From Phoronis australis (lineage: Eukaryota; Animalia; Phoronida), in NCBI GenBank assembly GCA_002633005.1, contig NMRA01000556.1:62001-126000 (forward strand): a DNA stretch of 64,000 nt, written 5' to 3'. Made by a program: the position numbers and the translations under genes. This document shows, one piece after another, positions 24,101 through 36,800 of the stretch (position 1 is the first letter of the stretch; each line of letters begins with the position of its first letter). The notes under the pieces are model-generated. The model saw nothing but the letters and a program-made list of their open reading frames with translations. It made no database searches and was not told the DNA's origin.

Positions 24101-25564
24101 GTTCAGTGCATTTCACAATTTGATTCACAGCAAGTTGTGCATGTATATTATCTGGCAATAGTTTTGTGATGGCTGTTATACGAGATTTATAACTGTTCCT
24201 TTGGTATTTGTAGCAAGTGTTTTGCAAGGTTATATATAGTGTTATATTTTATAAAAGTAGGATTTGTAGAGTTACGCTAAAAATTCTCCATTTTGGTACA
24301 GTCACTAAAATTTGGGACACAGAAATTGAAGTTGAAACTGAATTTTCGTTCATTTTGAAGATTGCGTCGTGCAATTTTTAGTCCTCATCATATTTTGAAA
24401 ATGTGGGACTGACTTTCTTTTGTGAAACGACGGAGTCTGAATTCTGAAATTCATGTACAGAGTCTGCGATGGTTCTAACTAGTTACATGTTCACAACAAA
24501 ATTGAAACAGGTTCGTAGGTACCCTGTAAAAATAATTACGTATTTTAAGTCAAATATGTTAGGGTTTGTAGCAGGTAATATGCCTATATAGCTGTTCCTA
24601 TTTCTATTTATAATTCATTGTTAGGTACTTAGAAGTATTATGTTCTATGTGTTAGCACTTATAATAACACCAGTGTAGTGATATGATAATTTTCTGTCCC
24701 ACACCTGTTGGGTGACTTTGTAATATGATCTCTGCTAGTGTATTGCACTGTGTTATGCTGTGGTGATGATATGTTGATGTAATTAGTACCAAGCTGTTTG
24801 GACAGGTAAGTGTTGAGTTTAAAGTTCAGTGTAGGACTCTAGAAAACTGCTCAAATTTGGTTAACTTGGCAACTTTATGTCTCAGGAATGGGTAATTGGA
24901 TTCTTTTGAAACTAAGTGGCTATCACTGCTATGCTTTATGTACTGTTCAAATGCTGTTAGAAATTGTTTGAAAAGTAATCCACTTTTGTGGGATGGGTAT
25001 CTTTGATCTTCGTGAAATGATAATGAAAGAATAATGTAGAAAAATGCAACTTTGTTTTTGAAATTTCATGTGGAACATTTACAAGGAAATGAAATTTAGT
25101 CAGTTAGTGGTACCGTTGTTTGCTCTTAGTAACAATCATTTTTGCTAGATTTTAATATGAAGACTTCACTTACTGGCAGATTCATATGAATTGGTGTAAA
25201 ATCAGAAATACAATTCTACATGTTTTCTGCTTTTGTAAAATATATATATACTTTTTATGCGCCCACAATCTCAGTTTTTTACGTTGGCCTTTGTATCATT
25301 GGTGTTCCTGAACTGACTTTCATGAAATTCAGCAAATTAAGCTATCTATTAGGAAGATGACGCCACCTTCACATTTTCAAACGGGTTTGACATGAAACGG
25401 ATTTGACATGGCCATTTTTTAATGTTTTGGAGTATGTATACAGTTAGTATACATTCTGCATACAGTTTGCATATAGTTTGTATACAGTTTGTATCTAGCA
25501 CATGTATGGGTATTGTTCATAACATGATATTAAATATTTAGTTACTATCAATGAGTGAAATCAC

Positions 25565-25770
25565 TACAATAATAATAACTTTGAGTGTGTTTATAACAAG
25601 TATAGTAATAACAAATGTAGCAAAAACAAATATAGCAATAACAAGTATATGAATAACAAATATATTAACAACAAGTATACTGATAACAAATGTAGTAACA
25701 ACAAGTATAATAATAAGTATAGTAATAATAATAAGTATAGTAATAACAAATATCATAACTGTAGTAACTG
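25565..25770. repeat. Degenerate A-rich minisatellite (AATAACAAGTATAGT-like)
   Basis: Seen directly. It explains the Ile-rich spurious ORF 25538-25756. Confidence 0.85.
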
Positions 25771-27484
25771 TTGTTGTGAAACTGATACTTTTATGATTAT
25801 GGGGCTTCCAGTGTAGTAATTGGTTGTAATTATTAATTGTACAAGTGTGTATACTGGTGAATAAAATCTAATCCATGACAGTTGTAATGGAAGTATGTTA
25901 AATGCATTTTAAAATAACACACCCGAAGTTATACCTATAGTGTGGTCTATTTTTGTGTTATTCGCGTTTTTGTAGATATATCACTATTAGCAGTGTCGAC
26001 CCTTTTAATTCGCAATGCCAGATAAATTCTAGCATTGCTGCATGTAGATGTATGTAAGTATATGTATACATGTATATGGATATGCAGGCTAGAACCAACA
26101 CTCATTGAAAGATTCCTCAAATACTTTCTACAAAACCTCAAATTCTAACCTTTGCCCCTCACATGTTTTGGGTAGACCACATTTATGCAAGCCTTGAAAT
26201 GTTCCACATTTCCATCAGACCTGGCTGACCCAATTAATCACTCTTGCACAGGCAGCCGTGTGATTTACCTTACTGATAGTTTTGGCAAATGTAGACAGTA
26301 AAAAATGAGGCCCCAGTTCGGTTCGATACAGTCTGCCCTGCATCACTATGGAGATAAGCATAGACGGCTTGTTTTAGCAGGAGATTGATTAGCGAATATT
26401 TCAGGCATACTTAAGTTATTTTTGTAACTATACAAAATTTGCCGTCCCACTGTCTCTCAGGGATGATGTGCACGTTATCGCCCAGTTTCTCACCCTCAAC
26501 ACTTGTTTTCCTCTACAGACAGATGATGCTCGAGATAACTCACATTTTCATCATTTTTGAGGCTGGGTTGCACTTGCTGAAAACCTGTTGTGTTCGGTGC
26601 AAATGGTTTGTTTTACTACCACGAAATGCACGAGAAGACACTTTCTGTTCATTTTTAGAGACATTTTGAGGAATGATAAGATGCTCATTTGGTCTGTCAT
26701 AGTTTTACCATAATCGTGTGTTTGCTGATCGTTGATTTCACCAACCAAAACTAGCTTGACCGAGTTTCAAAGCATATTTCAGCTCAAACTTAGCACAATC
26801 TCTTGGCATATATCAATGATGTTCACTCTTTGCTAAACACTGCTCATTTTTTCTAAATAAATGTTACAATAAGAGCTTAATTTTAATTTTTAGATTGAAT
26901 AAGCTTGGCTCCACTTGATGCTTTGTAGTGCCCTATCTATTGAACGAGGAGGCACCCTTGACTTATTTTGGTTCTCATCAGACTTAATCTTGTTGCATTT
27001 TTTTCCTACAGACCAAATTCTTTCAAAGCCAAGAATTATATCATTGTCCCTGGTTCCCCTCCAGTGTTCTTCTGGTCAGGAATTTTAAACAGTTTAGGTG
27101 ACCCCAAGATAGCTTTGACGACAAACGACAAACGTGCTATCCTTCACATAGAGTGGACACACATTGTGAGTTGCAGGATTTCCACTCATGTGGAGTCTCA
27201 GTCTACTAGGTGGCTTCAGTAAGACTTTGACGAACAAGTGATCAGGTAGTTCTGAAAAATACTTACGTACCATTATGTATTGTATAGCAGTTCCTGAGAG
27301 AATTGGTTATTTTCTGTGTGGGGTTTGTCTGTCTGTCGGTAATTTCAATGATTTGAAGTTTAAGTCAGTATTTAACAGATCCTTTTAGCCAATTCATGTT
27401 CACCCTACTCATAAATTATTATTTTTATTATTATTTTTTATCATTATTTTCATCATTTACTAGGATTTTGGTAATGATCACTTA

Positions 27485-27566
27485 CAGGTGTCCCACATTT
27501 TGAGAACCTGTTTTCTCCTTTGAATAATAGAAATCGAACTCAGGTTCTCAAAAACTGGGACCCCTG
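27485..27566. mobile_element. 82-bp palindromic MITE
   Basis: CAGGTGTCCCACATTTTGAGAACCTG versus CAGGTTCTCAAAAACTGGGACCCCTG (inverted). Confidence 0.65.
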
Positions 27567-27724
27567 TTGCTGACATCTTGCTGGACAGTAGTAGCTTGTG
27601 AAACGATATCATTGGTTAACATTATCATTTAATAACATGTTACTGTTTCAGGTGATACCATTGCTTAACATTGCATGATTGTCATTAATAAATTGTTACT
27701 GTTCCAGGTGCCTTGTGATACGAT

Positions 27725-27871
27725 ATGGTGCTTCTGCAAGTGTGGCAGATCTACACATACCTCAACCATGTTGTCACATGGCATGCGCTCCTCTCTGTTG
27801 GCGCCATATTCTCACTTCTCTGGCTTATCTACTCCATGCTGGTACGGCCGTTCTTCTCACCGCTGCGACAG
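27725..27871 (+). CDS. P450 coding exon 1 (membrane anchor)
   Basis: MVLLQVWQIYTYLNHVVTWHALLSVGAIFSLLWLIYSMLVRPFFSPLRQ. There is an in-frame TGA upstream of the ATG. The acceptor at 27706-27707 implies an upstream non-coding exon. Confidence 0.85.
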
Positions 27872-30800
27872 GTATATTGATCTGATATTGGGCCCTATGT
27901 TGGCTCACATCGTTACCTTTCTTTCGGTCACTTTGTTACATACCTATATTTGTGTTTAGTAGGCTGTTGTGTACATCGTCACTTTTATCACAGTTCGCAG
28001 CATTAGGCACTGCATCTCATTTGCCAACTGGCAACCTCGATTGCTGCTTACTGGTTGGGATTGCAATAGGCACTCACCACATTGCCTGGACCTTGACCAG
28101 CTTTATTGTTTGAGCGTTGGAGCTCACAGATGGGTGTCAGTGATAATGGCTGCCTGTTGTGGACAATAAAAGCTATTCCACAATTGATTTTTTTTCATTG
28201 TTTGTGCGGCAAAAATCGGTGAAAAGAGAAATAATGCACATTGCAACTGCTGTTGCTTCTGTCCCAACCGCTATAGTTCAATTTGCCTGAGCAACACGGG
28301 GGGGGGGGGTGACTTGACTAGTGAATTAACCATTGCTCATCAGACCGATCTTAATACTGCCAAAGAATGCTTCTGTCATTGGAATGGGGTGTAACTCTAA
28401 GCTATTTTACCATCTCTTGTACCAGCCCGAAATTTGATGGAATCTCTTGCTGGTGTAATGTCTGTGAAATTTAGGAGCAAACATTTTCAATCGTTTTAGA
28501 ATTTGTTGCCAGATTCTCTGATGGTCTTTTTCCCCGTTGCAAACTCTTTGCCTAGCATGTTCACCTGATCCTGCTATGCAGATCCACCGTCTTTAATCTG
28601 GCATCTAGATTTGCTCAGGACAGATTTTTGCTTGGTACACCAACTGCACGACCTTTTCACTACCATTTCTTTTTGATGAATACAAAAATTAATACAGCTT
28701 TTCAAAANTGACTTGACTAGTGTATTAACCATTGCTCATCATCAGACCGATCTTAATACTGCCAAAGAATGCTACTGTCATTGGAATGGGATGCAACTCT
28801 AAGCTATTTTTACCATTTCTTGTGCCAGCCCGAAATTTGATGGAATCTCTTGCTAGAGTGTAATGTCTGTAAAATTTAGGAGCAAACATTTTCAAACGTT
28901 TTAGAATTTGTTGCCAGATTCTCTGATGGTCTTTTTCCTCGTTGCAAACTCTTTGCCTAGCATGTTCACCTGATCCTGCTATGCAGATCCACCGTCTTTA
29001 ATCTGGCATCTAGATTTGCTCAGGACAGATTTTTGCTTGGTACACCAACTGCACAACCTTTTCACTAAAACCATTCCTTTTTGATGAATACAAAAATTAA
29101 TACAGCTTTCCAAAATGTGAAAATTTATGACCTGCACTGCATTTGTTGTCGTAGTGTGAGCCCTCAAGCATTGTGTGGGCCCAGATTGCCGTAACTTCTG
29201 AATTGTAATGATTTCAGTCACAATCTGAACACATCACATTTTTTGCTGCTGTATACATGGATCTGCACGAGATGCTCTTCCAAATAGGGCTCTGATAAAT
29301 ACGTCTCATGTCTCAGAATATCTAATTTAGCCTCATGCACCCACCTATCCACACCTTAGACTGATTTATGTGTCTTAAACAAATTAATATCTAGTTCCTT
29401 CAATTTGGCACCGATTTGTTGCTAGTTTAAGCCACTGGTTTTTTAACAATCTATTATTATGTTATTGTTGATGAAAGGACTTTATTTTACGTGACATTCT
29501 CTGAATGTTTAAGGTAATTGGTTGTCTTCCTTGCCAGGGATGTATACTTGTCCTTTTGCGAGTTAATAACACTAACGCGAGATTCTGTGAGACTTAACTG
29601 TGACGTCACCGGAAGTAGGGCAAAATCTTGTCATTTGGCCATTTGCCCAATACCGTCGTAGAGTGTATTCTGTTCAGTTTACTTGAGTTTTTAATCTTTT
29701 AGTGTGAAAAATGACAAACAAGAATTGCTGTTATCATGAGATATATAATTCAGATTCATGCTACAATTAATACGTCCCATGGCGTTCTGTACTAATTTCT
29801 TCCCGTGTATTTTAAACGGGCAGTAGGCGAAATCCACTCACTGATTAAGAGTTTCACCTCGTCAAAAATACAGTCTACACTCAAAACTTTAAAAGGCGCT
29901 TCCTTTCTTCAGTGATTCTTTCTACTTCTAAACATATCTTTGATGAAGCATATCTACTAGACTTAAGGTGACTTTGGAGAAGAATTGCAACTTCACTTTT
30001 TGGTCACTGTTAACTTTTTCACCATGCGCATGATAACCACAAATTATTTTAACTAAGTCAAGTGAGTATGAGACAAAGGGTAGCGCGAGACTGAGCGAAG
30101 CACGTGACCTGGCGCCTGACACTTGCACAATAGCATGGGAAGATATCAATTGAAATTTGTGTCCCTTGGACTTTTTATTCGTCAACAGGCGTTGTTTCAC
30201 GTAATTTCCTCAAAATGGCGCCCAATGAGAGAAACTCGAGCAAAACATGAGATTTTCATGGACATGTTCAAGTTATTTGTTGATTTAATTGTATCCAGAG
30301 TCATGGTATATGTTAATTAGAACTCCATGTGCACATATGCATGTTTGATTTGATTTTATTTGCTGTATTTTGGAATGAGTAACTTTTTTATGGTGATATA
30401 CTATCGCCCCTGTATGCCTGGGTGGAGTTCCAATTTCAGTCCGTTCACAGCTCCACACAACGTACATAACAAGTTCACCTTTGCTTCGTCCATTCACAGT
30501 TATTCCACGATCCATCTACCATCTCTTAAGTTGTGTTAACATTTTAAGCGTAAAATTCCCCATAAGAACTCCAGTAAGATTTAGTGTGTGTAACAAAGAC
30601 TCTGGGCAAAACAAGGGCAATATGGCGGGTTTTGCCCTACTTCCGGTGACGTCACTGGAAACTCGCAAGTTGCTATAACGGACCCATAGGTTAAAGGTAT
30701 TTGTTCAGTTAATTTTGCAAAGATGCATCAACCACAGGCAGGTCAAACTCCTGCAGAATGTTAAAAGTGCACAAATCTCCATGAAGGAACTGCCATGTCT

Positions 30801-33800
30801 ATACTAGGTTGTGTATTGCACCTCCTTTGTGAAATAATGAGTTAACTAATTAAACCCTGGACAAACACACTAATTGTCGGGTTGTGTTTAATTGTGGTGA
30901 CCAATACTTCATCAGTTTTGACGCATCTAGTTAATGCTGCCTGTCCTTTAGTGCGACTAATAATTACTGTATGATTGCCGGTACTGATTGCACTGAGTGT
31001 CACAAATAATGACTGCTATAAAGTTATGAACCACCTGAAAGACAATTTCTGGGAAGGGCAGAATTGGGCCCTGGAAAAATCAATTTTGTACGCCAGCCCA
31101 AAACATTGCTACTTTAAACAGTAATCGTTTGGTCAACAGTATTTGAAGTGGCCTTTTGAAGTCTCGGTTTTTCGTTTTAGTTGTCCATAGAAAGTGAAAT
31201 TCCAAAACAAAATCATTACTTTGCAGTAGTTTCTGTTTTCCATCACTGTTTTTGGCATAATTTTGACAATGCTTTCTGACCTTCTGAGGACATTTTCGTT
31301 CGACTACTGCGCTATGTAAAATGTTACTGTGTCATTACAGCTACCTGGCCTGCCCTACAGTCCTCTGTTTGGGAGTATGTTGGAGGCTGTACAAGGAGAG
31401 ACTGGCGAGGTTATGCTGAAGTAAGTATACATGGCCCTGTGTTCTCTATTGCCTGATACCCAGTAGTGATCATCACCAGTAAATGTGCACACTATGGTCC
31501 TGTGTTCTCTATTGCCTGATACCCAGTAGTGGTCATCACCAGTAAATGTACACACTATGGTCCTGTGTTCTCTATTGCCTGATACCTAGTGGTTATCATC
31601 GAGAGTAAATGTGCACACTATGGTCCATTTCTGACCAACTGATCACTGAATGTTTTTCTCTCAGCATGTGGTGTTAAATTTGTCTCCTCTTTATGCTGAG
31701 GAACATTTCTTTGATGCTAACTGATGAACACATCGCACATGAAGCTACACATTATGACAACACGGTTTGTTAAGTCTTTGGTTCAGCGCCACCGTTGTTG
31801 AGTTTGCCCAGCTTCTAGAAGCTTTGGGGTCCACTTCAGTTTTGTTGTGGTCTGTGAAAACAGTCCAGCGCTCATTACACTAGCCCAGGATGACAGACAT
31901 TGATAAGAGAAAAGTGATCTGAGATAACGCCGTTACACCACCTTATGATCAACTCCCCTGTTAATTCCCCTTCAGTCTCAGTCTTGAGGGGAGATAACTG
32001 TTAACAGTGAATTTGGCTTCAGCCCAGCCGTCACAAGCGGGAATTATGGGTCATTTTGTATGAAATATTTTTTTGGGCTAATGTACTGTATGCAGAAGAA
32101 AAGAAACAAATCTGATGGTACTTTTGTCAATGGAAAGATGATCAAAAAATAAAATTAGTGGAGTTTTTTCTTTAGTTTTTTAGCATTTCAAAACTGTTGG
32201 AGGTGACACGCCTATAAGCTCAAATATGCATACATACAATTTTAGCTGATAATGACTTCAATCACAAAAGTTTTAATATACGATGTCCTATTAACCATTT
32301 CTATGAATTCGTATGAATGGTATGATGGGACATAAATGGTTGATGAGAATTTGTATTTAGTCGTTTGATGTAGTTTATTATTACCATCCGTCATATGTAT
32401 TATGAATTTTTATAATTGAGCATTGAAAAGTTGTCAAATTTTAAACAGGGTTTTTGGTGGATGAAGATCATTTATTGTGTGGTGCCATTGTATTGTGATA
32501 GCCTGTCCTGCATAGCCAGCTTGCTCACGCGGGTGCTCGCTCACGCGGGTGCTCGCTCACGCGGGTGCTCGCTCACGCGGGTGCTCGCTCACGCGGGTGC
32601 TCACTCACACGGGTTGGTCAAAATTCCTGAACAAACTGCACGTGTCTGTTTGGCGGTCTTGATGTCTAATTTCACGTCTGTACGTAAACATTAATCATGT
32701 AGCGTTAACATGAGTTTCTAAATGAAATGAGGCGTTTGGTTTTCATTATCAGTACAATAGTCCAAGCATTCTGTATGTATCAAGGCTTGTAGTCAGGGAT
32801 AAATGCTGATATCCAGTTTATAGTCCCTGGTTAGTGCCTTAGTTTGCTTCTCGGCCATTTCGCATTATTTCTTCATAATGCAAATTCAATGTTATTTCAC
32901 TTCATTAAGTCGCATTATAAATTCACATTATGAATTTAGCATAATGAATTCGCATTATGAGTTCTGATTATGAATTCATGTTATGAATTTAAAAAATAAA
33001 ATATTTTCCCAGTTGAGATGAGCAAGGACAACTGTCTGGGATTCCCTTGCGTACGTTTTTTAGAATTCATTTCTAAAATCAAATATACATCCGAGCTGGT
33101 TCACGTTGTGCATTTGCAACGTGTATTCACTATAGGGCTCCGCATTGTAAATTCACCTCTACCAAAATAGGTGTTTGTGTGCGTGCGTGCGTGCGTGTGT
33201 GTGTGCACGTGCGTATGTGCTTCATCTTAGCACAGATTTGCACTTATACAGATGGGTCAAAGAATATGGCTCCATACTACGCTACTACTTCTTTTTCGGC
33301 CATGAGAGGGTAATGGTTGCCGACGCTGAGGCTCTGAAGCGTATATTTGTGACGAACAGCAGGAATTATATCAAACCACCCAGCCGGATGGCGTAAGTTT
33401 TTCACCAGTTAAAGTTTTGCAATGCGACGACATTTCGTTGGCAGTCTTCAACTACAGATAAACTGGAAAGGTCAATTTTTGTGATTACTTTAGCGTATTT
33501 TGTCAATAGCAGCACATGTTTTATTAGGATTTAAGATCTTAGTTTTTACAAAAAAGTTGTCTCTAAATTGTTATGGAGATTTTCCGTGATCAACATTTCT
33601 GACGGACGTGTTTCAGACTGGATTATGTTTGCTGATTCCAGAATTGTGGAGCGACTCATCGGTAAAGGTCTACTACTATTGGAGGGCGAAGAACATGCTC
33701 TGCAGAAAAAGATTGTCAGTCCTGCCTTCCGTCCATCTTCATTAAAAAGTAAGCTCGCATGGTGTGTACACAGGCAATTTCATTTGATCGTAATTTCTCG

Positions 33801-36800
33801 TTAAGATAGTTTGTATGAATTTATATGAGTGTTGTGGAATGATGTAAATGATGGGTAAGAATTCGTAATAATTGATGATGATTTGTTATTGTGCAGCACT
33901 GATAAATGATTGAAAGAGGTTTCTATGAATTATGTTACGATTGATGATTGGCATTTTATATTTGATCCTGTGGTAAGATTTATTCTGTTTAGCGCACAAT
34001 ATGTTGATGAAGCGAGATTTCAGTTTGTCATATTCCTTCAGAAAATCGGCGTAATAAAAAAATTGTATTTGGGTGATAGCATGGTTTTGTTGGGTGCAGT
34101 TGTTACCAAACCACCTTTGGTTATGGTACACTTTGTGTTGTTTAAGAAATTCTCTGTCACCAATTAGAATTTTTTAAAGGAATTCTCTATGGGGCAAATA
34201 CTTTGTTTCCTCTTAATTTTTTATCCAGATGTTAAATAAATAACATTACTGTTCCCGGAACTTGAGAATAGTCCAGCAACATCCATGTACACGTAGCCTT
34301 TGTGAAATAGTAGTAAACATTAGCACAGGTCGCCAAATTAACCAGTTACTAACTAAGGCCAAAAAAATACCGTACTTAGATGTGGTCTGTGTTTGATGAA
34401 GCGGGTCGGATCCTTCTTTCTGTTTTTACCCCCAGCGCCACCTGATGTCTGTTGGAATGGGTTAAGACACTTGGTTCTTACCCAGCACCTCTTGGCTCCA
34501 GTCTCAAAGCATGCGTTTCCAAGTGAGTCGGCTGCACACCAATAGTTTCCAAATGAATCGGGTGCAGACCAATAGTTTCCAAGTGAATCGGGTGCAGACC
34601 AATAGTTTCCAAGTGAGTCGTCTGCACACCGATAGTTTCCAAATGAATCGGGTGCAGACCAATAGTTTCCAAATGAATCGGGTGCAGACCAATAGTTTCC
34701 AAATGAATCGGGTACAGACCAATAGTTTCCAAATGAGTCGGGTGCAGACCAATAGTTTCCAAATGAGTCGGCTACAGACCAATAGTTTCCAAATGAGTCG
34801 GGTGCAGACCAATAGTTTCCAAATGAGTCGGCTGCAGACCAATAGTTTCCAAATGAATCGGGTGAAGACCAATAGTTTCCAAATGAGTCGGCTACAGACC
34901 AATAATTTCCAAATGAGTCGGCTGCAGACCAATAGTTTCCAAATGAGTCGGGTGTAGACCAATAACTAGTTTCTCAAAGAAATTTCAGACAATTTTATTT
35001 CATTGTTGAAACCTGAGAATCTGATACACCTAGGGGGTCAGTCCTACTATGTGTTTTGGTTGTTCTAAAAAAGGCCATTATGACTCCATGAGGATAACAT
35101 AGGGTAGTTATGGAGTGTGTAGAGAGTGCGTTAATCCTTTTGGGTTCATAGCTGTTGACATAACTTTGTACCATGCCTCGGAAAAGAAGCTGAGAGAACG
35201 GTACGTGTCTTGCTATAGTTCTATGAGTGTCTGGCCACACTCTTGAAATGTTGCTTGCAGTGAAATCTCTCCCACACATCAATGCATTTACAGTCTGTCT
35301 CACTGATGGTCGCAAGCATTTCATCTGAAATGTGACGAGCTGGCCTTTTCCAGTTTTAATTGATTACCGACCACCTGTTGTGCCTGTGATGACGTCACTA
35401 GATTCATTGACGCAACTGTCAAGGACTGACGGGTCATTGGATTGCAGTGTGGTGGAGGTGAAGGCTGGTTTAGTAATAGAAAAGTGTAGGGACACCTCTG
35501 CTATAAAAATACCGGAGTGTAAAATTCCCGTGACTCCCTGAAGCAATATTTCAATTAGCTGTAAACGCTGTAAATTGCATTTAACATACCTATGGATCCC
35601 TGTTAAGTTTTCTTAAGAATGCAAACTCATGCATTGATTGAAAATGCATAGAACGAAAATTGAAAATACGTACAAGGAAAATTGAAAGTATACCTGATGA
35701 AAACAAGGTAGTCAATTGCGAATTGCTCTTATTGTCATGTTTATGTTGGAGTGTCGAGGTTTTAATTGTAAATTAATTCATGTACAGTTATATTAAAGAG
35801 GATGGGACCCTTTTACAGCATGGCGAAGAATTTTTTTATTTGAAAGTTCTAAATTGGGTTTAGTGAAAAACAACGGTTGCCATATATTAGTTCAATGTTG
35901 GGCCTAATCTTGGTGTGGTTTCACTCATAATACCTTCTGCCTGTTGGCTCTAGGATCTAGTTTGGTTTTTGGTTCAGACATAATTACTGTTAGATGGCCA
36001 TAGCACTGCATAGCACTGCATGGCAGTGCATAACAGTGCATAACAGTGCATAACACCAATGTTCTCTCAACTTACATAGACCTCCAGCCATCCAGAACTA
36101 TTATAACACATTTGTGAATAGGGAAACTGGACAGGTGACAGCCTTGTGCAATGTTGGGTGTCTAATGTCTGATGCTAGATTTCTTTTCTGTCCAGATGTC
36201 TTGACTGTTCCATTCTGTTCAGATTCTGCTGACCCATCAGTTGGTACTAGATGTCAGTGATGTCTGACACGTGCTGGGCCAGTGTGTGTGGGTGTGTGCC
36301 TGCCTGCGTGTGTGCAGCCTGACTGGCAATTTTCATTAATGACCAATTACAACTAAATGAAAGTTTCCTAGAAGCAATATTTTGCTTCTGAAAAATGAAA
36401 GTTTGTATTTGGTAAGAATATTTGCAATTTCTTTCATGGTTACAGATAAAAATAGTTCTAGTTGTGGCTGTGAAATATTCTTATGTCCTAGAAAACTTGG
36501 CAAATGATAACAGTTGGCCATTAGATGATTGAATAATTATATAAACATTTTGTGTAGATGTTTCAAGGAATTTGCATTAAATTTTGTGATAGATTTCAAG
36601 CAAGCAATTTTCCAAGTAATTGAATTACCAGTATTTCAGCCAGCACCACTGCTTTGGGACAGTTGGGTGATGGCCTTTTTCTGCAAGACATCTAATACAT
36701 AGCATTTAGTGCCACCTGTTGACCAATATTCTCAGTACTTTCTAATTCAGAAATGTCCTCACAATGCCGTACTAAAGGAACACAAAGGTTTTAGGGATTG

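Noticed and set aside
25538-25756. Hydrophobic Ile-rich membrane peptide ORF
   Set aside because: It is the translation of an A-rich minisatellite.
34478-34963. CRISPR-like array or repeat protein (148-152 aa ORFs)
   Set aside because: The units are contiguous with no unique spacers and there are no cas genes. The ORFs arise from a stop-free 30-bp unit inside a P450 intron.
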